Counted from the stretch's first letter, positions 1 to 12,700 are shown. The stretch: DNA of 34,505 nt from Welwitschia mirabilis (GCA_051453625.1 JBOZIK010000001.1:38174628-38209132); one strand, 5' to 3'. Numbers and translations are program-made. The notes: generated by a model from the sequence alone, not told the origin.

Positions 1-444
1 TACTAGCGTGTTGTATTTTGCATCTTATTATAATTAACAGGATTGAATTTGAATGTGAACTATTGCACAAATACACATTGCAACAATGATATAGAACTTA
101 AAACCATGGATTCTTCTTATTCATTCTTCCCATTCACTATTAAAAATAATGATTAAAGACTACTATGAGAAATGGAGGAGAAAATATAGAAATTCTAAGA
201 ATAATTAAAATAAAGCACTTAGTGAAATATTTTAAGACAATTTAAGGGAACTTCAAATGATATTCGGAATGAACCCCTTCCTCTTTTTAAAATTCTTATT
301 TTCCCTCCTCCTTTTCAAACTTTAAATGAAAATGAAAATAATGATTTACAACATTTTAGAAATTCCACCTCATCTAGTGAAACATCCTATAATCATTTTA
401 GTGAATCTTAAAAAATCTCCTATAAGTTATTATGAAGAACAACC

Positions 445-1849
445 TATTGAGTTCTATTAACCAATTTGATGTTAAACTAGTTTTTTCTATTTAGCAAAAC
501 ATATTATATCTTGTATGTAGAATATTAATCATTATAGGTTAGAAGCTAAAATAAGTTATTATAATTTAAACCTAATCCTATTAGTTTTTATACCCTCTAA
601 GGGGTTGACTAAATTTTCAAAGGGTTGATCAAACCTAAAGTTTATATAGAAATAAAATGATTTTAGAGGAGTTGATCAAACACATGAGGGTCAACTAGAC
701 CTATGCATCTAATACTTCATAGCTAGTCATTAAGAGATCAATTAGATTTCTAAGGAGTCGATCAGATCTAAGTATTAAACTTTCACAACTAATTTTTAAT
801 GGGTTGACTAGATTCTTAAGGGGTTGACTAGACCTAAAGTAGTATATATCCTTTGTCAACAAGGAGTCGAATAAACATTTATGGGGTTAAACAGACTTAG
901 AGTAAAAAATAGTGTTGCAATTTTTCCTGAATAAGTGGTGATCAAATGAATAGAAAGGTGACCAAATAAGCAGTCAACTGAACCCTAAGGGATCAGCTAG
1001 ATATGAAATCCTAAGAAACAGGAGTTGATTAAATGAACATGAGGGTGATCAACTTTAGTAACAGTACTAGATGGGGTCGATTGAATGTTTCAAGGGGTTA
1101 AATGGTCATGATGGAAATGGAATTTTTCTAGCTATTATGAACCCATTTGCATCTATTAAAAGGTATTTTTCACTTGTAAAATTCCTAAAAGACCTCAACC
1201 ATATATTGTCAAGAGTAAAAATTAATACATAACTTTTAAAATATTACAAAATCATTTGTTATACTCATTTGTATTTATTATACCTAATCAAAGATGAACC
1301 AAGAACTGTTATTATCATTGTATACTTGGTTAAGTCAGTTGTACTATACACTTATGGATTGTACCGTCTTCTCAAGCAATGTAGCACTATCATTCTTAAA
1401 CTAGAGATTAGATGAAACCTATACATTTTAGTATATCATTTTTACTACTTTATATTCTTACTAAAGATTAAGGCTAATCCTAAAAAAAAAAATTGATTAT
1501 AAAGGTTATAAGTAAATATATAATACTTAGAAAGAGATTAATGGAGATCTAGATTAGGCTTGATAGAAGCTAATCACTAAGAGTGGAGTAGGTGGTTTCT
1601 TAAACCACTATAAATCTTCTGTATTTCTTCATTATTATTTCTATGCTTTTTGTTCTTTTTTTTTAGAATAGTTTTAGATTTATTTACATAGGTTTTTAGT
1701 ATTTATTTTGAGTAAAGTTATTTTTGTGAATATATTTGATTATTTTTTTAAATTTTCTTGATACTATTCCCCCACACCCCCTCCCCCTCCCTCTTCCCTC
1801 CCCCCTCCCCCCCTCCAAAACCTCCACCCCTAATGTTTTCAATTATTCA
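445..1849 (+). repeat. 5' LTR of the + strand SIRE-like element
   Basis: Start matches the sister LTR start (TTGATGTTAAA...TAGCAAA...TATCTTGT). Contains the palindromic GGTCGAC-type repeat array and ends TATTC-[C-rich]-...TTCA right before the PBS. Confidence 0.75.
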
Positions 1850-1851
1850 TT

Positions 1852-1863
1852 TAGCATCAGAGC
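1852..1863 (+). promoter_or_regulatory. Degenerate primer binding site (tRNA-iMet)
   Basis: TAGCATCAGAGC vs canonical TGGTATCAGAGC, 2 nt after LTR end CA. Confidence 0.7.
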
Positions 1864-1915
1864 TTAATAAGAGTTCACATTAGGTCCTAATAAGTCTAAA
1901 ATATAGAACCTAGAA

Positions 1916-3860
1916 ATGAGTAGTCTTTTAGATGGATTTTCCACTAGTTGTTCACCCATGTTTGATGAGTTAAACTTTGCATATTAAAAAGTCTATATGA
2001 GAATATTCCTTAGGTCCCTATGCACAGACATTGAAGAGGTTATTTATAATGGTTATGCTATGCCCACTTTGACTAAAAATTATGCCCTTGAAAATATCAT
2101 TGTAGTATCAAAAACTAGAAACTAATGGACCCCCCTGAGAGATCCAAAGCTATCATAGATACTCATGCTATTAATGTAATTTTTTTTATAGTTTGTGTAA
2201 ATGAGTTTAAATGAATTATAAACTATGAACATGCAAAATAATCTTAGAACATACTTAAAATTGCACATAAAGGGACATCTACTATCAAGCAAGAAAAAAT
2301 CCAAATGCTCATTTTCAAATTTGAAGACATTCATATGGATGAGAAGAAGACTTTATAGAAATTCTTCGTCAGACTTACCAATATTATAAATTCCATGACA
2401 AGTCTAGATGAAAGAATGGATGAGGCAAAGGTGGTTCAAAAAGTGCTGAGATATCTTTCAAAAAGATTTGAGCCAAAATTTACTACAATTGAAGAAAACA
2501 AGAACATAGATATAATGGAGCTTGAGAAATTACAAGGTAATTTACAAACCTATGAATTAAAATTTTTTAAAGATAAAAAGAAAGGTATTACTTTAAAATG
2601 TGTGTAGGAAGAATACAAGTAAGAAAAATTAGATGAAGATCTTAATAATAATGGAGTTGCCCTACTAGAAAGAAGATTTAAAACATTTTTACATAGAAGA
2701 AAAAAAGAAGGTAAGCTAAGTAGAGAAACAAAAAAGATCACTGAAAGTTCAAAAAGATGAAGATAAAGGAAAAGAGATCCAATATTATACGTGCAAAGGC
2801 TTCGGACACATGGCAAATGAGTGTTCAAATAATAAGAGAGAAAAAAAAAGTTAAAGACATCTTTATTCATTACTACATGGGATAATATAGATGAAGATGA
2901 TGATAGTAGTTTTAGCCAAGTCTTAGATATATAGTAAAGGCACTCCTTCATGGTAATTATGCCTCCATTATAGAACCTACCCTACTCATAAGAACTTGAT
3001 GATTTGGATCTCATTGAAAAAGACTAGAATGAACTTAAAGATACATGTCCGAAACTTTACATGGAGTGTGAAAAGTTAGAAAAATGCATCAATGATTTGA
3101 ATAATATTTTAAAAACTCTCACCCAAGAAAAGGAGGAATTGGGAATGAAGTATAAGATGGTCAAATCTGAAAATTTTGAAATTTTACTAGAGGTGAAAAA
3201 ACTTGTCATATTTAATTAATAAACTTTCTTTTATCTTACCTAAATTAGAACAAATGCCTAGAATACAGAAACTAGCACATGATAAGATAGGTATTGGTTG
3301 TATCCTCCAAAAGATATGGAATCAGCAAAATCAAGTAACTTAGAAAAATAAGTTTATCTCTAAAGTTACATGTCATTTTTGTCGTAATTCAAGTCATTCT
3401 AAGTTATTTTTTAATGCTAAAAAATTGGTATAATTTTTAAATTTAGTTAGTATCTTTTTATTTAAATTTTTTTCAAGAGGAGGTATACCACATTAGTTCA
3501 AAAAGACTAAGTGGATGAAAGATAACAATTTCAAAAGTCTTTTAATTTAAACAAATTTAAAGGTTTTAAATGGAACTAGATGATATTTATATAGTTAATG
3601 CTTTTGACATATGATAGAAGACAAGTCTAGGTTCAAGTAGCTAGATGACTTTGATGATGGAGAAGTTACTTTTGGTGACAATGAAAGAGTTAAAATCAAA
3701 GGAATTAGAAGCATCGGTGGAAGTAACTTACTTAAAATAAATGAAGTTTTGTATGTCAATGATTTAAAGTATAATTTACTTAGCATTAGTCAAATTTGTG
3801 ACAAAGATTATAACATTATTTTTGATTGTACTAAATGTGAAGTTAAACATGATAAAATAA
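1916..3860 (+). pseudogene. Decayed copia gag-protease
   Basis: Motifs as above, with multiple stops and frameshifts; ORF 2395-2607 is a UBN2/gag fragment. Confidence 0.85.
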
Positions 3861-3869
3861 ATGCTTATA

Positions 3870-4190
3870 AGAATTTAGGGAACCAATTTTCATTTGATTC
3901 TAGGACTTAGGTTCTCTATGTTATAAGTCTAGTCGACTACTTTAAAAATCCAGTTGACCCCTTTAGATGAAGTTCATTTTCTTTCTGCTTCGGGTGTGGT
4001 CAACCCTTTGGAAATCTAGTCAATTCCTCAAGAGGATAAAAGAACTAATAGGTTTCTAGTGCTTAGAATATTATGATTTTTGGTTTCATCTTTTGACCTA
4101 TAAGTAATTAACATATTTTACATAAGATACACAAAAATTTCTATATAAAAAACATTAGTTTAATATCAATTAATAAAACATAATCTAACA
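3870..4190 (-). repeat. Truncated 3' LTR of the - strand SIRE-like element
   Basis: Direct repeat of ~9620-9923 (shared GGTGTGGTCAACCC, TAAAAGAACTAATAGGTTTCTA, AAGTAATTAACAT, AAACATAAT.TAACA); only ~320 bp retained. Confidence 0.85.
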
Positions 4191-4200
4191 ATATCCCCCT
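4191..4200 (-). promoter_or_regulatory. Polypurine tract
   Basis: Minus strand GTCAAAGGGGGATAT immediately before the TG start of the 3' LTR; further PPT-like copies near 4255, 4290 and 4690-4715. Confidence 0.8.
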
Positions 4201-4759
4201 TTGACACTGATGGCAAAAAATACTTAGTTGTGAAAAATTAGAACTTTTGGACAAGCCCCCTCCTTACAAAATGCTTATTGCAAAGTCATACTCCTTTTGA
4301 AACAAAGTAAGACATTTTGAAAAATCAAATTTTGTGCTTTAAAAAGAACAAATTTAATATGCATATTTAAAAGTTTAAAAGGCATAACTTTATGATAAGC
4401 ATAATATGATCATGTAACTCATTTNNNNNNNNNNTTAGAAGACTTTAAACTTTTTAAATTAAGCACATATCATACCAAAAGAAAAAAAATGTTGAGCATA
4501 AATGATTTGAAAAAGCATAAATAGTTTCAAAATACCAATTGAAATACAATTTTATGCAAATAGATAAGTGCATTTTACTAGACATAAGAAAACATTGCAA
4601 AGTAAAAGTAGAAAAATTACAAACTAGAAGTGCTCATCAAGAGCATACATCTAAAATCATATGAAAAACATTCAATAATAAACAACTAATTCTCCTCCTT
4701 TTGACATCAATGATAAAGGAGAGAATATAAACATAAAGCAAAATAATAATTTAAAACTT

Positions 4760-5802
4760 CTAATCAGACTCTTTATCTTTTCTTCTTCTTTTTCTTCAGA
4801 GTCTTTCTCTAAATCTTCTTCATTATCTCTTATGCATACTAAGCTAGTGTCCTCTACTGAGGTATTAACAATATCATAACTAGCTACTATGAGTGCTTCC
4901 TTCATGTGTCTAGTATAGGAATCAATCCATCTAAGATATGAAAGAGTCTTATTAGAAGAGACTTCCTTTGGAGAGGGAGACTTCGAGGATTTCTTAGATG
5001 GGATAAAGATGTACATATGGGATAAGGTTTCATGCCTAATGGATGCCATAGACTAAAGGATCTCTAGTTTTGAATGAAAGGTAACATAAAAATGATGACA
5101 AAAACTTGTGATAAGCACAGAGTAGGGTAATGACCTAGTCCTGTAGTATTCTAACTGTGAGACCATATTCTCAAGTATAATGTAGAAGCATCAATAAAAT
5201 GCTCAGTCCCTACTAAATACATTAGATAGGCTCTATAGAAGGAGGCCTCATCATAATGTCCAACTAAAGGTAAGAATTTATAGGTAAAAATCAAGTGAAG
5301 AAAATGATATTTTGGTGTCAAAAATGAAGTAGAAAGGGTGTGCTTATAAGAATGCATCTTATCACAGATCTTCCTAGTAATAGTAGGCTTGTCTTCTATG
5401 GTTTCTCAAAGAGGTAAATACTCTTCATAATCCCCTTGAGGAAGATTAATTAGCTCAAAAAATGAGATTGTCTATTACCCTCAACTGCTTCATCAAAACA
5501 AGGATTTTAAGGGTTTTGGAGTCACGATCATAAAAGCACTACAATAAAACATCTGAGTAAGAAATGGATAAGAAGAATCAGAAACATCTATGAAGTGATC
5601 AAGATCCTAATTTCTTAGGAATTAAATGACTTCCTTAAGCTCTTTAAGCTTTGAAGTAGCTACTAACTGCTCTTAGCACACTCATTTCTTCTCAAACTTC
5701 TCTGAGAACTTGTTAATGTCTTTCTCTGATATCTCCTAGTAGAAAATAGTAGGTCTTTTAAAAGATCTTATTCACTCTTCTCCAAGATGAGATTTCAGCC
5801 AT
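4760..5802 (-). pseudogene. Decayed env-like / extra ORF of the SIRE-like element
   Basis: Minus-strand translation gives SYPFLTQMFYCSA (~5540-5575) and SLPYSVLITSFCHHFYV (~5085-5135), matching the YPxLxxxFY and LPYxxLIT motifs of plant retroelement extra ORFs, plus an acidic tail (ORF 4672-5049). Located between pol and the PPT. Confidence 0.7.
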
Positions 5803-6299
5803 TTCAAGGACTTTACAAGTAAGAAAACCAAGAGAAAAATATTAGATCTAAAAGCAAAGCTCTGGATCTTAAATATAGAGATCTATATCTGAGAGATGGA
5901 GAGCGCTAGAACACAAAAAATTTAATTTAGGGTCCTCTTTCTTTTATATAATATGTGAAATAAGGTAAAATGATGAAAGAAATTGGATTCACTGATGGTA
6001 CTTTTGCACTATGATCTATTAGGTCTAGTCAATCACTTGAGATTCCTATTGACCCATCAAGATGTGGGTCTATAGTACTAAAAGGGGTTATAGCGACTAA
6101 GCTTTTAGGTCAATCAACCGAATCTAGATCTAGTCAATCACCTGCAAACAATCAAAGGATGATGAGTGAACCCTTAGTTCATTTTCATGATTGATACATC
6201 AATTCTAGACATGGGGTGTTACATCAAAACATTTTAGAAAATATTTAGATTTATTAAAAGTTAGGCTAATGTTTCCTTTTTGCAAATCATAGTCTGTAT

Positions 6300-8297
6300 G
6301 ATTTAATTGATGGGTTAAACAAGTATTTGTTTAATGCAGTAAAGATACTAACATTTTTTTTTTTATCTACAACATCACATTTTGATTTTTTAAAGATTTC
6401 TTTATGACTATTATCACATAATTAACTAATGCACAATAAATTATGTTTCAATCTATTTACATAAAGCACATCATCAAGTGTGAGCAACTTACCTCCCTTG
6501 ATGCATCATGTACCTTCTATCTTTGCCATTTTGTTGTTTCCAAAGATGAATTCTCCTCTATTTGTACTACTTAGGTGTTGAAAGTTTGATTTTTCTCTAG
6601 ACATATGCCTTAAGAATTCACTGTCTAGATACTAACTATTTATACTCGATCCTCTGAGAGCCATCTATATTAGAAAACTTTTAAGATTATTATCTCTAAT
6701 CCACTTAGTCTTATTATACTTAGATGATACACTTTTCTTAGGAATAAATTTAAATGATAAATTATTTTCAGATTTTTAAAAAAGTATTAATTATCTAATT
6801 TTACAAAATTACTTTGAATGAACAAATTTATTATAAAAATTACATGAAAGTTTAGAAGCATATTTGCTCTTTTAGTTTATCTATTCTTGTGATTTTCATA
6901 TATTAAAGCCAATACCTGATCTGTCTCTAGTAGATTTTTACAATCTAAGCATCTATTCCAATTTAGAAGAACTACTAAACAATTTATTTATATGAAAACA
7001 AAAAATATCTTTTACCTGAGACATTAGATAGGTGTTGTTGGATTTTAGTACATTATATTTCACTTTCATTTCCTCCTTTTCTTTAATGAGAGTTTTCATT
7101 ACTCTATTTAAATCATTTATCCTCTTAGCTAGCTTTTCATAGTTATCATATAACTCTTAACATGTATCTTATAACTCAACCTCTTCTTTATTAATCATAT
7201 CCAAATCATCAGGCTCTAATGTACTATGAACATCTTTGAATAATGGCATAATAGCCATGAAAGACAATCTTCTATATCTGTTTGATTCTTGATCTGAGTA
7301 GCTTTCATCATCATCATCATCTTAATTGTACCATGTAATAATAAAAGAGGGATTCTTTGATATTCTATTATCTCTCCTTATGTTGGAGCACTCATTTGCC
7401 ATATGGTGAAATCCTTTACATGAGTAGCATTAGATGTATTTATCCTTTTCTTGCTTCTTTTTGTGTTTCAGATGACCCCTTTTTAAATTTCTACTTGATT
7501 TTCCTTCCTTTTTCTTCCTATGAAGAAATTTTCTAAACCTTCTAGCTAAAAGAGTAACTTAACCATCATTAAAGTCCTCATCTGATCTTTCAGATCTATA
7601 GTCTTCCTTCACACATTTTAAAGCAATACCTTTCTTCTTATTTTTAACAAATTTAAGATCATAGATTTGTAAATTATCTTGAAGTTCTTCTAGTGCCATT
7701 GCATTTATGTTATTTTTCTTCTTAATAGCTATGATCTTTAGTTTAAATCTCTTAGGTAGAGATTTCAATACTTTTCTCATCACATCTTCTTCATTCAAGT
7801 GTTCTCTGAGGCTTGCCATAGAGTTTACAATATCAATGAGTCTACAAAGAACTCCTAGAAAGTTTTATCTTCATCCATATGGATATTTTCAAATTTTGGA
7901 ATAAGCATATGAAGTTTTACTTGCTTTATAGTTAAGGTTCCTTCATGTACTACTTTAAGAATGTCCCAAGCTTTCTTAGCATGGTTACAATTTATTATGC
8001 ACTTAAACTTATTTGCACAGATTGCATAAAATATAACATTAAGAGCATAGGCATCTATAGTAGCTTTTGACTTGTTAGTAATGGTCTATTACTCTTGAGA
8101 TATGGGAACTAAGATAGTATTATTATTAACATTATTTTGAATTAACATAGGCACAGTGTAACTATTATAAATGACTTCCTTTATGATGACATCTAAATAT
8201 CTAAGAAATATTCTCATCCTAGCTTTCCAATAAGCATAGTTTGACCCATCAAACATAGGTGAATAATTGACAAAAAATCATCAAATGGATTACTAAT
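6300..8297 (-). pseudogene. Decayed copia gag-protease
   Basis: Homologous to 1916-3860; zinc knuckle CYSCKGFHHMANEC ~7388-7430; protease ~6400-6640. Confidence 0.85.
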
Positions 8298-8361
8298 TTT
8301 AAGGTTTTAAGATTAAGATTAGTTGAAATCTAAAGAAGATTAACTTAGATCTAATATCAAA

Positions 8362-9923
8362 TGATAGGATTGATAACTTTAGAGGGGGAGATGAATAGGT
8401 TCTTTAAAAATACGCAACATAATATTCTAAATAAATATAATCTTACACAAAAAATTGTATATAATAATTAACTAATCCAAAATATGCATGAAATAGGAAA
8501 ATAATTAAAGTAAAGAAATAATGACTAAAAGCACAAAAATACCAAATAGATCCATGTCAGAATTATAGTGGTTTGGGAGATCCCCTACTGCACTCTTGAC
8601 GATCAGCTTATTTCTAAACTAGATCTTGGATCTTCATTACTTTACTAGGTATTCTAGGTTTACCTGTAACCTTTACAAATAGACTTTTATAGGCTTAATT
8701 TCAACCTCTGAATAGATTTTTAAAGGCTTACTCTCAAACTTTAAATAGAATTTTTAAGAGTTAGTCTCAACGTTTGAATGAACTTTTCAAGGCTTAGTCT
8801 CAATGTTTAAAAAGCAAGGTAGTAATATAATGATGCCAATAGTGCATGAATATCACTCATTCTTGATTCAGTAGATGTAGTGGAGCTCTTATCCTATAAA
8901 TGTAAAATGAATGAAGCACATGATCTGACCTTGAATGTAAAGATGATAAATATGACAGATCTTCTTTGGTTAAAAGTATATATGCTAAGATACAACATAA
9001 AAATCACAAGATTATAGTTCTTGATCCTTTAGATCTAACAAATTAACATGATTGAAAACAGTTTTAAAAGATGCTTTTGTTAGTTATGTATTAGCTATTT
9101 ATATTGGAAGGCTTTTAGGGTTTATTACATCTGAAATGTACTTCCAAGGACTTTAAATCGCTAGGAAACAACTATTGAATTGCTACATAATGGATACATA
9201 ACAATTAGAAAATTTTACTTCCATTCCATTTGGTCGACTACTGAAAAGTCTAGTTGACCTCATCTAGTAACATGACTTACATAGGTTGCTTAAGTAAGAA
9301 TTTTTATCACTGTAATTTCATATAGCTCCATTCTAGTCGACCTGATCTGGGTCTGGTTGACCTTAATCTAGTTACCAGCTACGTGATTCGGTTGCCTGCT
9401 CCTCTTGATAAAATTTTTTCTAGTTTTTAGCATTAGGTCTAGTCGATCCTTTTAAGTATCTAGTTAATCCCATGATAATCAGCTTAGGAGTATCAGGTGC
9501 ACAATGCTTAGATCTGGTTGATCCCATCATAGGTCTAATTGACCCCTTTATAATTATTTTAGAAGTACTATTCCTTGGTTTATAGATCTAGTCAAACTCA
9601 TCATAAGTCTGATCGACACCTTATCATTTATCCCAGGGATACTATTTATTAGATCTTCAAATCTAGTAGATCCCTTCAGAAATCCAGTCTACCCGTCTGG
9701 ATGTAGTTCATTTTCTGGCTACTTTAGGTGTGGTCAACCCCTTGGAAATTTAGTTGATCCCTTAAGAGGGTAAAAGAACTAATAGGTTTCTAACGCTCAG
9801 AATTTGATGGTTTTGGTTTGATCTTTCAACCTGCAAGTAATTAACATCTTCTACACAAGATACATAAAATTTGCTATACAAAAAACATTATTTTAACATC
9901 AATTTACCAAACATAATTTAACA
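8362..9923 (-). repeat. 5' LTR (~1.56 kb) of the - strand SIRE-like element
   Basis: TG...CA termini. Element-sense 3' end CTATTCATCTCCCCCTCTAAAG...TATCA followed by TT-TGATATTAGATCT, matching the Sirevirus-type C-rich LTR end plus Met PBS. Confidence 0.85.
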
Positions 9924-10449
9924 CATAGATTATTTTAAATTTAAAAGTACTTTTTCTCTTTTGTTGTTTTATGTTTTTCTTTCTTCTTAATAGTGAAATA
10001 AAAGACCTGACATGATCAAGTACTTGTAAAGAATAAGATAAAGTAATAAGATGAGAAACAAGTAAAAACAAATATAAACAACTAAAGACTTATACCATTG
10101 AGAAAAAACATAAGAATCAAGACATCTTCCTTCAAAATGAAGTTGATAGATATGTGAGTGCCTTAAGATTAGACAAATTTAATCTTATCACTTTGGAATG
10201 CCTAAGTAAAATATTATTAATTATGATAACTTTATAAAATAATACATAAGTCAAGTTAAAGATGTTTAAGTAATAGCATGATGTCTACCCAAGGAATTGA
10301 ATAAGGAATAATGTAGACAATGGTAGGGTGAAAGTCCTCCTCATTAAGAGGGGCTTTTAAGTTCTTCTATCATATTCAAAGTTTAGTTAGTAGATTATTC
10401 ATATATTTTCAACCTTTGTCTTTTAATCTTCTAGATTTCCCTAATGGTT

Positions 10450-12700
10450 GAATTAAAGATTTTAATTAAATCATTAAGATGTACTTTTTAAATAAGTACC
10501 TCATCATTTAGAGGTTAACTTATTATGTAAGAGATGCACTTGAGTGTTGTAAAAAAGAATTAGTTGGCCTAGTTTAAAATGTTTATGATTTATATTTTTA
10601 TTATGTTTGAATTTGGCCTGGGCTTTATGAATAATTTGACAATGTATAGCACAGGTGCATTTTTCTTCTAGGTGATTAAGTTAGATTAAGTAAGCTTTAA
10701 GATTTTTATCTAAGTTTATAAGATTAAGTTAATGGATTAATTGATAAGAGTTATAACAAACACTAACCATGAAAACACAAAATTTTCTATACATAAGTTC
10801 ATAAGGTAAAAGCTAAGAGAGTTTCACCAAGTAGTATAGAAGTTCATAGAATATTGTTAAGTTTATAAGGTAAGTTTTCTTATTGAGAGAGACTAGTTCT
10901 TATAGTATTTTATTAATTTCTCTATTAACATTTTCATCTTGATCATGAGATTGTAAATGATAAGCATAAGTAATTTGATGTTTAATTTCAATATATAAAA
11001 GAAGTTTCCAAAAATGATAATTAATAAATGAGTTTATTAATCACTAATTATGATTTTAGAAAAACCAAAACATTGAAAGATATGAGTTCAAACAAAATTA
11101 TAGATAATTCAGATATTATTCTTTATAGTATAACTAGCTTTAACCCACTAGGTAACATAATCAATAGTCATTAAGATATAGTTTTTATCATGAAATAGTG
11201 TTAATCCCCTAATAGTCAAAAGGTTTACTTTTAAGCATAGTTTTAAGGGGTATATTTTGAGAGCGAGTTAAACTACCATAACATTGAGAAGCATCACACC
11301 TTCTAGTAAAGTCAAAGGAATCCTTAAATAGTGTAGGCTAGTATCAACTAGAGTGAAGAATTTTCATTATAGTCTTCTGATAATTACAATATCCCTTACA
11401 TATCTCACCATGATAAAGGTTAAAAATGTCTATCTTTTTCCATTTAGGTATAAATTTATGCATGATTTGGTCTTTATACTTATGGTAAAGATGGGGTTCA
11501 TTCTATTTATAATCATCAATCTTATGAAGAAATGATCTTCATTGGCTATGATTCCAATGTTGAGGTGTTTTCATGATAACAAGGTAGTTCACAATATCAA
11601 CTTATTAATAAATAGGATGAGTAAAAGGGATGGCATAGAGTTGTCTAATGGAAAAGAGTTATTCATCAAGAAAGCAATCATTAATGGGAAGTTCATCAAG
11701 AGATCAAGAAAGTTAAGACAAATGATTCACAAAACTATTATATTTCCTAGTCTTATTAATGATGATAAGATTGAATTCTTGCAGAAGAATCCACCTAAAA
11801 CTTTTGGCACTAGAATCATTTTTTATCATAAGATAGCGTATATATACATGATCCATGTAAAAATTAATATGAAAGTCAAGAAGATAATATCTAAGGTGAT
11901 CAAGGAAAAAGAGAACGGCAATCATTTCTTTTTTAGTGGTAGTATAGTTATATTGGGCTTAGGACAAAGTTTTATTAAGATAAGATATAACTTTTAGATA
12001 TTTTTCACATTTTTTACCAAGAACCCCACCTACAACAATGTTACTAGCATCACACATAAGTTTGAAATATTTATTTTAATCAAGTCCCTTTACAATAGGT
12101 TTAAAANNNNNNNNNNTTTATCTTTAAGTGTTTCAAAAGTAAGTTGACATGAATAATTTCAATCAAATTTATCTTCTTTTTCAAGTAATAAGTAAAGGGG
12201 TTTGTAAATCTTAACATAATTTTGAATAAAATGATGATAAAAACCAACATGGCTAAGGAAAGATCTAACTTATTTGATATTATTTGAAAGGTTAAAGTTT
12301 TTAATAATACCAAATTCTATAGGATCCATTATAATTCACTCACTAGAAATGTGATGTCCTAAAATAATCTCATTATTAATAAGGAATAAAGTCTTTTTCC
12401 AACTTAGGTATAGGTCACTTTCTATACATTAATCTAATACTTTTTCTAACCTTTTCATGGTTTTTTTAAAACTTTCACCAAATATTGAGAATTCATCTAT
12501 AAATATTTCAATAGATTCCTATATCATATTATAAGAGATTCCTATTATTACTCATTAAAAAGTCCTAAGGGCATTACAAAGTCCAAAAGGCATTCTTCTA
12601 AAGACAAATATTTCAAAGAGTAAAGCAAAGGGTTTTTTTATTTGATCCTTACTAGCTATGCAAACTTGACTATAACCTCTATACCCATTATTGCAGTTTG
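10450..12700 (-). pseudogene. Athila-like Ty3/gypsy pol, distal part: RT C-terminal half, RNase H, integrase
   Basis: Minus strand: NGYRGYSQVCIASKDQ...RRMPFGLCNA (~12570-12690), FIDEFSIFG (~12480-12506, decayed FMDD), RWILLQEFNL...NHLS (ORF 11713-11925), decayed YWPTL...RRCDASQ integrase zinc finger (~11280-11350). Domain order RT-RH-INT is gypsy. Confidence 0.88.

Larger units (their letters stand above)
445..3860 (+). mobile_element. Sirevirus(SIRE)-like Ty1/copia LTR retrotransposon, 3'-truncated (5' LTR, PBS, gag, protease)
   Basis: LTR 445-1849 aligns by eye to the reverse complement of 8362-9923. Degenerate tRNA-Met PBS at 1852-1863. Decayed gag from ~1916 (PMFDELNFAY*KVYMRIFL; VVQKVLRYLSKRFEPKFTTIEE...LQGNLQTYE), zinc knuckle (CKGFGHMANEC ~2790-2826), second C/H knuckle ~3370-3410, copia protease remnant (~3581-3800; VTFGDN, LKYNLLSISQICD). 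Confidence 0.85.
3870..9923 (-). mobile_element. Sirevirus(SIRE)-like Ty1/copia element, internally deleted (5' LTR, PBS, gag, PR, env-like ORF, PPT, partial 3' LTR)
   Basis: 5' LTR 8362-9923, PBS remnant 8347-8359, gag (PMFDGSNYAYWKARMRIFL; ORF 7559-7819), protease YLDSEFLRHMS ~6600-6635, extra ORF 4760-5802, PPT AGGGGGATAT at 4191-4200 abutting a 3' LTR that matches 9620-9923. No INT/RT/RH motifs seen. Confidence 0.88.

Noticed and set aside
600..1110. Regularly spaced palindromic repeats resembling a CRISPR array
   Set aside because: Degenerate, inside a plant LTR, duplicated in sister LTRs, no cas genes.
11353..11997. + strand ORFs of 60 and 151 aa
   Set aside because: Antisense to decayed gypsy RNase H/integrase.
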